Origin: Lytechinus pictus
Lineage: Eukaryota
Direction of reading: 5' to 3'
NCBI RefSeq assembly: GCF_037042905.1
Contig: NC_087249.1
Location: forward strand, 7,070,001 to 7,134,000
Length of the DNA stretch: 64,000 nt
Both the position numbers and the translations under genes were made by a program. The notes under the pieces are model-generated. The model was not told where the DNA came from and did not search any database. It saw nothing but the letters and a program-made list of their open reading frames with translations. Shown here in pieces: positions 1-13,600 of this stretch. Position 1 is the first letter of the stretch. Each line of letters opens with the position of its first letter.

Positions 1-1689
1 CTGCAAAGAGAGCCATCACCCCAACATCAGGAAAGAAGAGGAAGAGACCTGCTTCCATTTCTCCAAGAAAAGGGAAGAAAAGACTTTCATTATCAGAAGT
101 AAGAAAGCATGTGAACTCAGCCACAGCCTCACAGCCAACGAAAAGGGATGATGCAGGAACATCAAGTAAAAATCCCCCTCGTTCCATAGAGTCTTTCTTT
201 GCAAAAGCCAAGCCTCCGCGGTATACGCCATGTCCTGTTTGCTCCGAGGAGATCAAATTGTCGGAGATCAACAGGCACTTGGATTCGGGATGTCTGTCCA
301 AGCAAGAGAGTCCCGCTAAAGGAGAGGAAGAGTCTGTGAAACAGAGTTCAAGAAAAGTTGCAGATGTGAGGAATGATGTCAAAGATAAGAGGACAAGACG
401 TCGCCTCCAGAACAAGTTTGAGTCAAGTCCGTTGTATCAGCAAAGCTCTTCAAGCCTTTCATCTGATGATAATCAAGAAATTTGTGTCCAAAATCATGGC
501 TTGAAGGGTAGTGAAATACCAGAAACACTTGGTAAGGAAATTAGCATTAGTCATGTCCTCAACCATTCTGAATGTGCAGATCAGGATTCAGAGGATGCTT
601 TTGTTCAATCATCAGATACGAGTATGCCAGAAAAACAAAACAAACGGGACAATTGTAAAGCCAGATCCCGGTTAAGCTTGAAGAAATTACGGCAGAGAAA
701 AAGTGATTCAGAATCAAATTTTGAGTCGGAAGAAGTGCATGATGTAACTAAAGATGCTATTAGAACTGAATCTCACTCTCAAAGTAAGAAGGTTACCTCA
801 CCTTTTTTCAATCATGCAAGGAAAGGCAGTGCCAATATCAAGTCACCAGGAAGTGCAGTCAGGTCGAGTGGCCAATCTGAGGGAACCCTTTCACAGAATC
901 TGCATTATGCATCCTCAGATGATGCAGTAGAATCTTTCAGGATTACCCCAACTCGAATCTATATTCCTGAAAAGAAGAGTTCTCAATCGACTTTGAATTC
1001 TGTAAGTCCTGAAACCAAAGCATCTACCTCTTCAACATCATCCCAGCAGGGAGGTTCCAGAAATAAAATTTCTCTTACAGGATCACCTTCCACGTCCACA
1101 GGACATGACAGAGGTTCTAGGAAGATTCACAGAACTCCTGTGAGAACTAAATTGTTCAGTGACTCGGGGAAACCACAGGTTGAACCACTACCAACACAAA
1201 CAAGTAGGTTTAGTAAAGATTATGTATCAAAGGGTCACAGACAATCCCCAAGTGGTGCATTAAGTACAAGTAGTCCCATAGTTGATGTTGGAAAAGGTCT
1301 GACTGATGGCCCTGGTGCTAGCTCTTCACTGCCTTCTATACCTACCTCAGCTAACGGCTCATTTACATCAACTCCAAAGTCCAGTTCTATAGAGATTAAC
1401 AAGGGATTATCATCATCAAATGGAGAAAGTGCAGCAACTTCATCATTAAGTACTTTCCATTCATCAACACCCAAGAAAGGCTCACCCTACACCTCCCCAG
1501 CAAAGTCTGGTACAACGGCAACATCTCCCGCGAGGTCGGACACACTTGGGTCTCCACATAAGCCAAGGGAACCTTACTACATAGTGAACTTCAAGCTGAT
1601 CTTGAATGCTGTCCTGAAGAATGAGTTTGACGCTCACCTCTTTGATGATGAAGATCATGCCCAGGTGTCCAAGTTCAACAGTTTGTCAG
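1..1689 (+). CDS. FAN1: FAN1 exon (N-terminal NLS, UBZ4 zinc finger, long S/T-rich disordered region)
   Basis: Frame is open from position 3 ([15 protein letters not shown]...); UBZ at 231-293; ends PYYIVNF..FDDED..SLS; donor G|GTAAGC at 1690. Confidence 0.93.
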
Positions 1690-4600
1690 GTAAGCTGCTG
1701 TCAAGTTATGTTTACTTTCATCTTGATTGGAGAGCCTTGAGTTGTATTTTGTAATGATAACAATATTGATACTTGGTTCTTTGAAGCAAATTACACATAG
1801 CAGATTTTATGTCTATATAGATGCGCTTGAGATATAGGAAAAGCATTGAATAAGAATAAAATAGCTTAGATAGCAAGAAGGTACATGTACGAAATTCACT
1901 GATGCATACCATTGAATAAATTTCTCTTAACCCTTAAGATAAATTTTGAAATTATCTTACAGGGTTCCCACAGTCATGGAAAATCCTGGAAAAATTTTTG
2001 GTCATGGAAATTCAGGGAATTTGGAAAATTTGTGAAAAGTCATGGCATTGCATTTACCTCTTGGCCATTTCAGCTTTCCAGTTTGTCGTGTCTCGCAACT
2101 CTCATACTCTGTGATCATACTCTGCTATTATAATTGGTCTTCATGATTTCCATTTTTCCCAGTTTTGTGTCATCCCAAATTCTATATTACTCCCGGGACA
2201 TCATGGGAAGTCATGGAAAGCAGCAATTCAGTCACAGAAAAGTCATGAAATTCTGTTTTCAAATACCTGTGGAAACCCTGATCTGAACTACTCAATATCT
2301 CATCGAATCAGAAAGTGCATTCCATAAAGTAGCAGAGGCGTGTTCTTTCCATCTGTGAAGCACTCGTGAGACCAATCTCAAGGTTATGATCAATTGATCA
2401 CAGTGATAAAATAAAGGCATGTTTGCATGAGATGGGAGTTTGTCAGACTACGATTTTAAAAATGCAGTTCTTACTCGTCTTGGATAAAGGAAATGCTGTA
2501 TGATTCTGGAGATTTATTATGTCTTGGTTTCTTAACCTTTAGCTTTGGCTAAACAAGGGAAAATTAACCATCAATCATTGATTTCCCTGTACTGAGTATT
2601 TTCATTTCAGAAAGGTTCGTTCATTTACTCTGTAAGCCTTTTGTTCACAATACATATTTTTCTTTCAATGTGCAATTATTTTACATTTCTTTACAAAGGT
2701 CCTGCACAACAACTGTATGTGCGGTTGTTCCAGAGGAAGTTCACCTGGTTTCGAGTGGCTAAAGTTGATTATCCAAAGATTTCTTTAAATCTGAAACCCC
2801 TCTTCACTGAGATGATCAATGCTGGTTTGCTGATAACGGGTGAGTGTGTGAAGTAAATGAGGATTTGGGGATTATTTGTTGGCAATTCGGATTTAGGCAA
2901 TCAGGGTTGGGCTCAATTGCAAGGTGATTGATCAATTACATAATTAATTACATTTTTTTTAGTAATTGTAATTTGTAATTGATATTTCTAAAGAGAAAGT
3001 AATTGTAATTGAAAAATTGTAATTGACTTCAATTACTGTCAATTACTTTTAATTGCATTCAATTACATTACTTTATTTCTAACTTTATTATTTAATTTAC
3101 TCTGGATTGCTTATTTCTCTTTTTCCATAGCTATATATCTCTTGCATGCAACTATCATTTCCCATGATGTGGAGGAAAGAGGAGACACTATTGCTATAAA
3201 GAAGTGCGCAAATTGACCATTTGAAATATTTGGAATATTAAATTTGGAATACCCCCCTCAAAAAAAAAATCAGCTTTAATGGGTGATCGGGAAAAATGTG
3301 CATGAAATATTTTTGTTCCTGCCCCCCCTCCCCTATAGACGGAAGCTGGATCCGCCCCTAATGAGCAAGGTCACAACTCACAAGTCAAATTTACATGTTG
3401 TACATGTACATCATGATTTCTACAAATGAAGAAAGCATGTAGATCTACATTTTATTGAGAATGTCAATTGACTTTAACATTAAACAGAGCAATAGGCAGG
3501 ATCAATGCCCTCTGAACTAATAAAACCTTCATGTTGTCAGTTTCTCTCTAACTTAGAATTATGTTGATTTCATTTATGACTTTATAAAAAGGAAATTGTA
3601 ATTGTAATTGTAATTTACAAAAGTAATGGGTAATTTTAATTGAAAAAATGTAATGTAATTGAAAAGTAATTTAATTGAAAAGTAATTGAACATTTCTTCA
3701 ATAACGTACATATATTTGTATTATTGTAATTGAAGAAAGTAATTGAGCCCAACCCTGTAGTCAATAAGATATTTAAATCTAGTGCGCTACCAAGGTAGTT
3801 TTAACTCATTGTATCATACATTCAAAGTCAGCCATGCAGCTATCAATCTTATTTATCTTTTTCATTTTTTGAAATATTTGTGGATGTTAGAGGTTGTTTT
3901 TTACCATGGGCCAGCTCTGAACTGGTTTATTCACATTGATACAATTGCCTATTTCATTCTGGTTATGTTTATGGATGTTCAGTTCAAGAATTACCATTAC
4001 TGATGAAAGAAACATTCCTCTTCATATCCACCTCTGTTGATTTCCAGAGAGTTCTTTGGACGACTTGGCTGTCACACTCAAACTGCTGATGGCACCCGAC
4101 CTGAAACAGTTGGCCAAGGATTTCAAGGTCGGAGGGAGCGGCCAGAAGGGCGACATGGTAGACGCCATCATTAAGTATTCCTCAAGACAACGATCCTTCT
4201 TTTCAGCTAACATGGATAAGATTGTACTGAAAAAGTAAATATGATCAGAGGCTTGTTTCATAAAAAGTTGCTACATGTACAGTATGATAGCAAATCTTGC
4301 TGGAATGTCATCTTTCATTGTAAGGGCCAATCAGGAAGCAGAATTTTCACTGTTGTCATGGTAGTTGACATTCCAGCAAGAGTTCTTATCATGTAAACTT
4401 TTTATGAAAATGGGACCCAGGGGCTTGTTTCATAAAGACTTACAACTTTGATTACTTTTCCATTATGTTTAACCACCATGGAAATTCTGATTGGGATGGG
4501 CTGCTGAACCCTGTTAGGTGCCATAATGGCAAAGTTACCAAAAGTGCAACTTTTTGTGAAACTTGACCAAGGTTCTCTTGTCGTAAAAGGTTGCTGTGAT

Positions 4601-7600
4601 AGCAACTCTTGATGGAATGTCAACTTTCATTGGAAGAGCCAATCAGGATGCAGAATATTCACAGTTGTCATGGTAGTTGACATTCCAGCATGAGTGGTTT
4701 TCATTGGCTGCTGAACCCTAATATTTGCCATAATGGCAAAGTTACCAAGGATGCAACTTTTTGTGAAACATGCCCAAGGTTTCAATCCCTTCCATTTATC
4801 TGTGTGTCATCTTTAAACCATTGTGAGAACTCATCATCACATCTGATACATGTGTAACTCATTCATTTTTGGTAATTCATTCCAGAAAATTTTCATTTTG
4901 GATGACAATGTATTTTAAATTTAATATTGATAAACTTAAGGATATTTCGTAATTGCCCTGTTTTGTCTTTTATTGATCTCGACACTGGCTTTTGAGTAGG
5001 ATATTCATATGTTTCTTTCTTTAGGAAATTTAAACAATATTTACTAGTATTGGTAATTTTATGCAAGGTTTACCGTACAAAGCTTATAAAAGTAACCATG
5101 TTTTCACAACAGTGAATTGTTTTCAAAAAATCATATCCAGCATAGTGTTAAAATGTGTAAATCACTGAAAATGCCAGATGACCGGGCCTGCCCCGTTTTC
5201 CCATCACAGTTTAGCCATGTCTATGTAAACTTCTTTATATAACCTCATCCATATCATAATCTTCTGTATGATCTTTGCTAGAGCCAAGAAACTTCTTGGT
5301 AGCTGCGTGAAGCTGACTAAAGAACCTCGAGCTGTTTTCAACAGGATCATCATGCTGTTCTCACTAGTGAGGCAAGATCTGATAGAGGAAGAAAAAGGCA
5401 GCTCCGGTCAGTCGGCATTGTAAGTGTAGATGCAAGTGTAGGTCAGGTGTAAGTGTAGAAAAACCGGTGCAAGGGTTAGCAGTGGGTGATTTCAAGTTCA
5501 GTGTCAACCTTTTGGGGTTGGTGTTAGGTCAATTTTTATGAGCACAGCACCAAACATAAAATGAAGTTAGTTCTGAAAAGTCCCTCTCTAGGAGTTGAGT
5601 TGTCAATTTTATGATCTGGATCGTTCGTGGAGACTCATAATAGGTTTTGAGGCTTGGAAACACAAACCAACTTGTGCTTCCAACACCAGACTTGAAATCA
5701 CCCTGTGTATAGAATTATTATTATTGTTATCATTGTAGTAGCTTGTATTGTTTTCTAAATAGGATAATATTTACCCTATCTCTCTCTCTCTCTCTCTTGT
5801 CTCTTCCCCTCTTCATCTAGCTCTCTCTCACTCTCCTCTCCTTTTCTCTCTATCTCTTTCTCTGTTTATACTCAGTTATTGATTACTGAAATAAAATCCA
5901 GTTGTGTCCTGTCCATGACTTCTTCTAGGCCTATATAACTGTGTGGATAATATAAGCCAGTTCGTAGTTCCTTTCTGCGCATGATCAAAAGATTCTACGC
6001 ATGATCAGAGGAAGGTCATTTGTACTAACGTGACATGGTGGTTTAAAATCTAATGAGATAAGCACCAACTTTGATGTCTTGATTATTCATATATTCTCTT
6101 GAATTGTGGTTTTCATTTACATCCACAAAAAACAATGCGTCCATGAACGACTGGTATTTCACAGTTTGCCAAGTACATTGTGCAACATGCTGTGATATGC
6201 ATTCAAAGTAGGAATGCAACAAATACCTTCATAAAGTGTTAATTGGTGTGCTATTCTAGTCACCTGGTCTATTCAATTTCTTCATCCTGCTATGTAAAGC
6301 AAGCTTACGTAATATCTTGCTTTGAAATCTGCCTATCATAATGAAAGAAATGAAAGGTCATTTGACCAAAATTGTCTATGATCAACTACGAACTGGTCTA
6401 TTAGCCATGATTAATGCCAAACAGGTACATGTTCCTCTTAAATATCTGAAGCAGTTCAGTTTATTTCACCTTTTCATTGAATAGTTCATAATATAGTGCT
6501 CAATAATTGCATCAATTCTTAAAACTGTATGCCATCGATCATTGCACTTTTTTTATTAATTTGAATTTGAATATGAAAATAAATGAATTGAATTGAACTT
6601 TTGTGATTTATTTCATCAAACCCAGAGAAAAGTTGGCTCACATTTGCCACTCACTGCAACTCTACCAATCACCCTGTTTTCTATCTATTCTTCTGTCCAG
6701 ACAAACAGAACTCCTGGTGAACATGGGTCGTATGAGCTACCCAGCCTACACTGTATTCAGAACAAGAAGTTTCTTTGCCTCCAGAGAAGATTTACTCAGG
6801 TTAGTATTCCCACAGTCATGTCAATGAAACGGACTCAAATCCAATCTTCTAAGTATGTATGATACACATGAATGTTCATATTCTGCATAATAAGAATCGG
6901 ATTTGTCAAAAGTCGGTCACGTGATAAACGGTAGTTTCCTCATCAATCATCACTCGCAGTGATGGAACTTTTGTGTTTCGCTGATCTTTTCAGCCCATAG
7001 GGTCAAAACGCGTTATGAATTAGGCTGAGTATGAGCGAAATGAAAAGTACATTGCCACTCAATTTTTTTTTTGTTCCATCATTCTCCATCACCTGCAGTG
7101 TTAATCATGCAAGATCTAGATGTGCGCGGGCAGTGTACATATGCGCTAGCAGTAAAACTTTGCATAAAAAAATAAAAGTGCATTGCCCCTCGATTGTTTT
7201 GTTTGTGACTGTAAAATTCCTTTGTGAGGTCACAAGAAGCCTCGCTGGAGCAAGATCCCAGATACTTGCGCACAGTTTACATATGCGCTAGAATTAAAAC
7301 AAGCATAGTTGTCTTGATGGATTTTTTTTCAAACCCAAGCCTCCTACTCTCCCCCACTGCTACATGTCTTCTTCGGTTACCCCTTGGCTTCCCCTCTGAC
7401 CAGCAACCTCAAACTCCAGCGCCCTTCTCAATACATGATATTTCTTTCATTAGGTATGAAGTCGCCATGCATTACGAGAATGATATAGCCGATGCACTGG
7501 GTATCAATGACTTTGAGTTGGCTGACAGATTGCAGGCAACAGCTATGGTGACGTATAAGGAGCTGGCCAAAGATGAACAAATCCTCAAGTAAGCTTGCTT

Positions 7601-10600
7601 TCATATTGATTCAAGTCATTAGATGACACGACATTTGCTCTGGCGACAGTCTCTCTGGGCTTAATTTCATTTAGGGTTAGGGTTGCAATTGGGTTTTATG
7701 CTAGGTTAAGGATAGGGTATAGTGTTTAATCCAGGGTTTAAGTTGGTCATTCGCTTAGTGTGTTGAATTTTCTGCGGAGCAATTGTCGCCGGAGTAAATG
7801 ACATGGAACAAATCTGATATTAAACCCAGGCTTAGCTCGAGACTAAACAATAGAATTTTAATCCACACATATATGAAATGCTAGGTTTCATCTTACATCT
7901 ACAAAATTCATGACAAAGATATTATATCAACTACAATTGAAATTCATTGCATCCTTATATTATCATATTTTGATTTCATGTTCTTAACTCTTCATGCGTT
8001 CCATTCGCATTATTTCACATTCACATTTCTTTCGCATTTCTGCACAACCATGCATTTCCCTATTGATGCCCCTTTGTCCCGGTAGTTTGTAGTTTTCAGA
8101 GTTTTGTTTTGTTTTGGATACATTCGCTTTCAAAACCACTTTAGTGGGAAGATTATCTACCTTCTTTACTTCTAATAAAAATCAATACATCCTCGAGCTG
8201 ACCTAGTATAGGAAGTTCATTGAAAAAAAGGAGAGAAAAGAATTAATCAAATCCTCCTCTCAAACAATACCAAGGTCAGCTTCAATGTTAGGAGTTAGGA
8301 CTCATGACACCTGCTCCTATTTGAAAGAGGTGTTTTTTTTTCTTTGACTAGTCGAAAATATACTCTCTTTTCTTTATTCACTGTAGTATGGTTTGTGTTT
8401 GTCAGATTACCAATGATATAAGAATCATTTGTGTGATGAACTGCTCAGGTATATACAAAAAAAGAATCATGCCTCTGACCCAAGAACCAAACTAAAGGGC
8501 TACATTTTGGTTGAAAATGTAAGAAGAAAAAGTTTCAAATAAATAATTTGCAACGCTTTGTAATGTAATGCAATAAGTTCATGACAAGAAAACCCATCAA
8601 ATACTACAAGTTTACCGTACTTCACATCATTTCCTTTCTATGTCAAGATGAAAGTTGTAGCTGTCTAAATAACAGAGAGTAATATTCTAAGTGATGTATT
8701 GGTATAAAACTGATTTTGTATGTGGCTTCCTATCACATTTCAAATATTTGAATACTGACTGATAATTTCATATCACAAGAAGTAATATCAATACCCTATC
8801 AACCCATGCAGGCACGACGAGACCCTGCCCGAGTATCTTCGCTGCTACAGCGCTGGCTGGGTCTACACACACGTCGGGTACCAGGGTGTGGAGATCAGAC
8901 AGAAGCAGCGAAGGTATGAAGAAGCTGTGGAGCTCCTGCGAGCCCTCCTGGAGCAGAAGGTCTACTGCCCCGACAGGAGAGGTGGGTGGTACGATCGGCT
9001 GGCGCTGAATCTTGATCAACACTGCAAGAAACAGCATGAGGTATTAAAGGATTGAGCTTATCAAGTCCCCCCCCCCCCCCCAATTCTAATTTTTGGTTCA
9101 CAGACTTTATAGGAATCTGATTAAATGTACATTTAAAAAAATTCAACATCACCTTTATTTTCTTATGTATTTTATTGTTTTCTGAATTTCTTAAGTATTT
9201 CTTTGTGTTTCGACTTTTTGTTTTTTATTGATTTTTTAATGGAAATTGTCGGGGACTTTATTTTGACCATGAACTAGATGAAATTAATTGATTTTAATCA
9301 GTAAAAGGAAAAATAATGATACATTTATGAATTTTGGCTAAAAACACTATTTGCATTAGATTTGTACATGAATTCATGTTTTTGAGCAATTTCGGGTGTG
9401 CATGCACTTACATAATTTCGTAACACCGTACCCGGGCATCGCAAATTTGGTCTCAAAAGTTGCGCAAGATCTGAAAGTAAAAAGTCAGCGAGCGGCGCGG
9501 TTGAAAAATTTCACGCGGTGGATTTATTGTGAAAAATGTAGAGGGGGGCGGATTTTGCCCCCACCTCCCAAGCCTTTTAGGATTAAACATATTACAATTA
9601 AAGTTTTGAAAACTTTTATTTTTGTTATAGGCACTTGATTGCATCAAGGATGGGATGGCTGATCCCAAAGTAAGGGTGGGTCATCGATTGGCTCTACAGC
9701 TCAGAGCCCAGAAGATACTCAAATCCAACAAGAAACAACTCTCAGAAAGAGCCGACGAATTTCAGTTTGACGATGTCTTAGAAACTCCAAAGGTAATCTT
9801 CTTCAACTGAATAGTTCTAAGGGTGGTTTCAATTTCAGTGACGACCTTTTGGTGTTGGTGCTAGGTCAATGTTTTCATGAGCATAGCATTAAACGTGAAA
9901 TTTGTCCTGAAAACTAAAGTCACAAGGCGTTGAGTCGTCAATGTTGTGATCTATATCATTTTTATAAACTGAGAACAGGTTTTGGAGCTAGGAAACGCAA
10001 TCCAAACTGTGCCACCAACACCACACTGGACTTGAAATCACCCTGTGTTTAACCCTTTGCATGCTGATGTTGCAATCTTGCACATTCATACAATTTAATT
10101 CTTCAACAATCATAATTAGTTTTCTTCCCTACCTTCATATTGGATAAGTGGGTGCGTCGTGGTCTAGTGGTCCTGACTCGCGCCTTTCAAACAGAGGGTC
10201 GTGGGTTCGAATCCTAGCCATGGCGTGTTTTCCTTCAGCAAGAAATTTATCCACACGGTGCTGCTCTCAACCCAGGTGAGGTAAATGGGTACTGGCATGT
10301 AATTCCTCAAAAACCTGTGCGCACCAGAATTGGTAGACTAGCTTAGCCGGGGAAATACAGGAGCCTTGAGCACCTAGCAAGGTGGATATGTGCGCTATAC
10401 AAATCCTATATTATATAAGCTAATAAAAGCCATTAGTTCTTGGATAACATCTATATGATAATTATAAGTATCAACGATACAATTTGGAAATCTTGAATTA
10501 AAGAAAATAACATGGAAACATTTATTTTGAATATTATTCCCACTAGAAATGTGAGACCTTCAGAGACCGAGAAGTTGATACCTGGTAGAGTCAAATGTTC

Positions 10601-13600
10601 AGTTCTTATCAAGGAACTGTAGAAATGGAATCGTACAGCGTGTAAAAATAAAGGTGCATTGTAATTGATCCTTAGGTTACTATTCAGGGAACAGTCCTTC
10701 CCCATCATGGACCCGGCGTTCGGAACACCTTCATCAGTTCCTACCAAGGACCACTGGAAACGGATGAAGGTATTGTGGTGTGCAGTGTGGAGCAAGTGGC
10801 TCTAGAGCACTACAAACAGCAAGGATACACTGAAGGTAGGGTGTCTTTTGCCAAATACTGCCATTTCAAGTGGATCTCTTGCAGTGTTGGCGGGAGTGGG
10901 AAATAAATACTGCTGGTAAATTACGGTATATAAGGGTAAATAATGCCTCAATTTATAACAAAAATGGGAAATGATATGAAATGTAGGGAAACACTATGAA
11001 ATAAATTTCTTGAATTATTTTCAGGTATTGCCCAGGTGATTCTCAAGCATATTCTAGTAGTTCCCTGCACATTGATACTTCCCTGCATTTTATACCCAGT
11101 TTTTCCCCAGTATTTTGAACCTGGGCAGGAAATACCTATATTTCCCAAGAAATTGCCAACGCTGATCTCTTGTCATAGGACCGTAATCTTAAAGTGACCT
11201 TTCATAACCTTTAGACAAATCATGGGGAATTTAAGGCTAATCTCAGAACAGAGAAGAGATTCAAGTCTTTCACTCGGCTGCATGCCTGGGGGTGTTATGT
11301 AATAGACGACAGCATGTCTGGGAGGTCTACAGGAGAGCAATAGTTAGTAATGGACGGATTATATTATGCAAGTCAATTGGCCTTTTCCAAATTTCGTATT
11401 GAATCAATTTCCCCATAATTTGTCAGTGGCTGGGCCCTTTAATACACACTCTTTAAGAAAACATTCAAAATGTATTGTGAATAGGTTTTTTCTTCTTTTT
11501 AATCATGATGTTTTGATTGAAATTTTAAAAAAAGAGGCCATTTGTTCTAAAACCAGTTGAACCTTGAAGTCACTGTCGTAAATACACTACATCACGCTAT
11601 TGCGGGTAGGGGTGGGGGAGGGGTGACACAATAATTCATCCTCCCATGACAATAGGTTCACTGCTTGAATGTACGCCAGTGCTAGTAGTGTTCTTGTATT
11701 ACGCAGGCCTTAAACTTGTTTTCCCCCTTAAGGTATACATGGTGAAGGAACCACCTACAGTACTCTTATCTTTGTCATCTTTTGGGATATTGTCTTCCAT
11801 CCGAACATCCCAGATGTCTTCTGCTATCCCTTTCAGGTCAGTTACCTATAACATTTTGTTTGGTTTTGTACGAGTTTTAACTTTGTGCAACAGAGTCTTT
11901 AGTCCCATCAAACATTATGGCCAATATGATTCTGTTGAGGGCAATATATTTGAAGTTCCCCTCACAGCTGTTGTTGTTGTTGGTTGTGGGTTGTTTCCAC
12001 ACTTAAATGATCTCCTGCACTGTAGGTATATTCTCAGTGGGTCTGTCACAAATTCAGTCAAAATAATATACAGTGGTGCTCAAAAGTTAGTGAACTCCAC
12101 CAAACATAAACAGTTTAAAGTGTTCAAGGTATGCCTTGTTTTAGATATTTAATTGTGAATTCAGTTTATTAAATATTGTATTTATTAAAGTTTTTTTCTC
12201 TTGGCTCGCCGAACATTGTAGTGGTGATTGCATTCAACATGAAAGAGTGTATGTTGTGGTGGGATTCACTAACTTTTGAGCACGACTTTATATTATTTTC
12301 ACTGGCCGTGAGGGGAACTTCAAATTCAATGCCCTCAACAGAATCATATTGGCCCGAGTCTTTAGACAAGAACAATATATTTCAAGTTTATTATTATTAC
12401 TACTATTATTATTATAATTATTATTATTGTTGTTTTTATTTTTATTACTATTAGTATAGTATTATTATTATTTTTTATTATTGTTATTATTATCATCATT
12501 ATTATCACCATTGGGAATGTAGAAGGGTAAATTTAGCCAATGTCAACTTGTATCCCTCCCTCCAGACAGCACCATTAGACTTGAGGACAGATCACTTCTA
12601 CACCAACCGTTGCGATGCCATACAGAGGAAGTTAGACGAGGTACGTGAAGCGGATGAGGAACAGCTAGCAACCATGCTGGAGACCAACTGGATGGAGTAT
12701 GAGGGAGACCTGTGTGTGGGTCTCAGCTGGGAAATCTTCAGGGATGTGGAACATGCTAAGGTAGGGCTTCAGATGATGAGGATGATGATGGTGAGGGTGA
12801 TGTTGGTGATGGTGATGATGATGAGGAGCAGGATGATGATGATAATTATGATGAGGATGATAAGGATGATGATGAGGATGATAATGGTGATGATGATGAT
12901 GATGATGAGGAGGAGGAGGATGATGATGAGGAGGAGGAGGATGATAATGAGGATTATGATGATGATGATGAGGATGATAATGATGATGAGGATGTTGATG
13001 ATGATGATGATGATGATGAGGATGATGAGGAGGAGGATGATGATGATGAGGAGGGGGATGACGATGATGATGATGATGGTGGTGATGGTGATGATGATGA
13101 TATAGAAAATGAAGATTATGATGATAGTGAAGGTAATGATGTTGATGATGATGGTGATGATGATGATTTTATAGTATAGTGTTATTTTTTCCAATAGATT
13201 GCAACCTTCTTTTCTTTACAGTGTACCTATGAATAAACTTTTCTTGTGTCTATTCAGCAGTTAGTAATTTAACATTCCCATTTCACGATATATTTGAAAT
13301 TTGATGATTAAGATTATACGATTAAGTAGTTATTAATAAAATCATCGAAACTACTCAATTTTATCAAGATTTTGCAAAATAAGTTCCACCCTTATCATTA
13401 GGATTCATTATCCTTGCCTATTGTCAATGACATAATTTTTCACACATAATAATAAATAATAATAATAAGATGTTGCTAATAATACGGGCGTCACATGAAC
13501 ATGTTCAAGATACTGTCTATTTTCTGACAGAATCATAATTTTCACCTAATCCAAGTAAGCAACAATTTTCTCTTTTTTACCAAAGCTGACATAATTTTCT

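Noticed and set aside
111..1754. 547-aa ORF starting at GTG 111 as a standalone gene
   Set aside because: The frame is open back to position 3 and the exon ends at donor 1689/1690; it is part of FAN1, with the start outside the window.
7668..7740. Interstitial telomere (ttagggttagggtt)
   Set aside because: Only about 2 perfect units, inside a dispersed repeat that recurs at about 46993-47172.
12769..13194. Poly-Ile/Met/His/Ser ORFs (also at 24858-25534, 36227-36524, 52181-52684, 61527-62005)
   Set aside because: These are translations of stop-free trinucleotide microsatellites.
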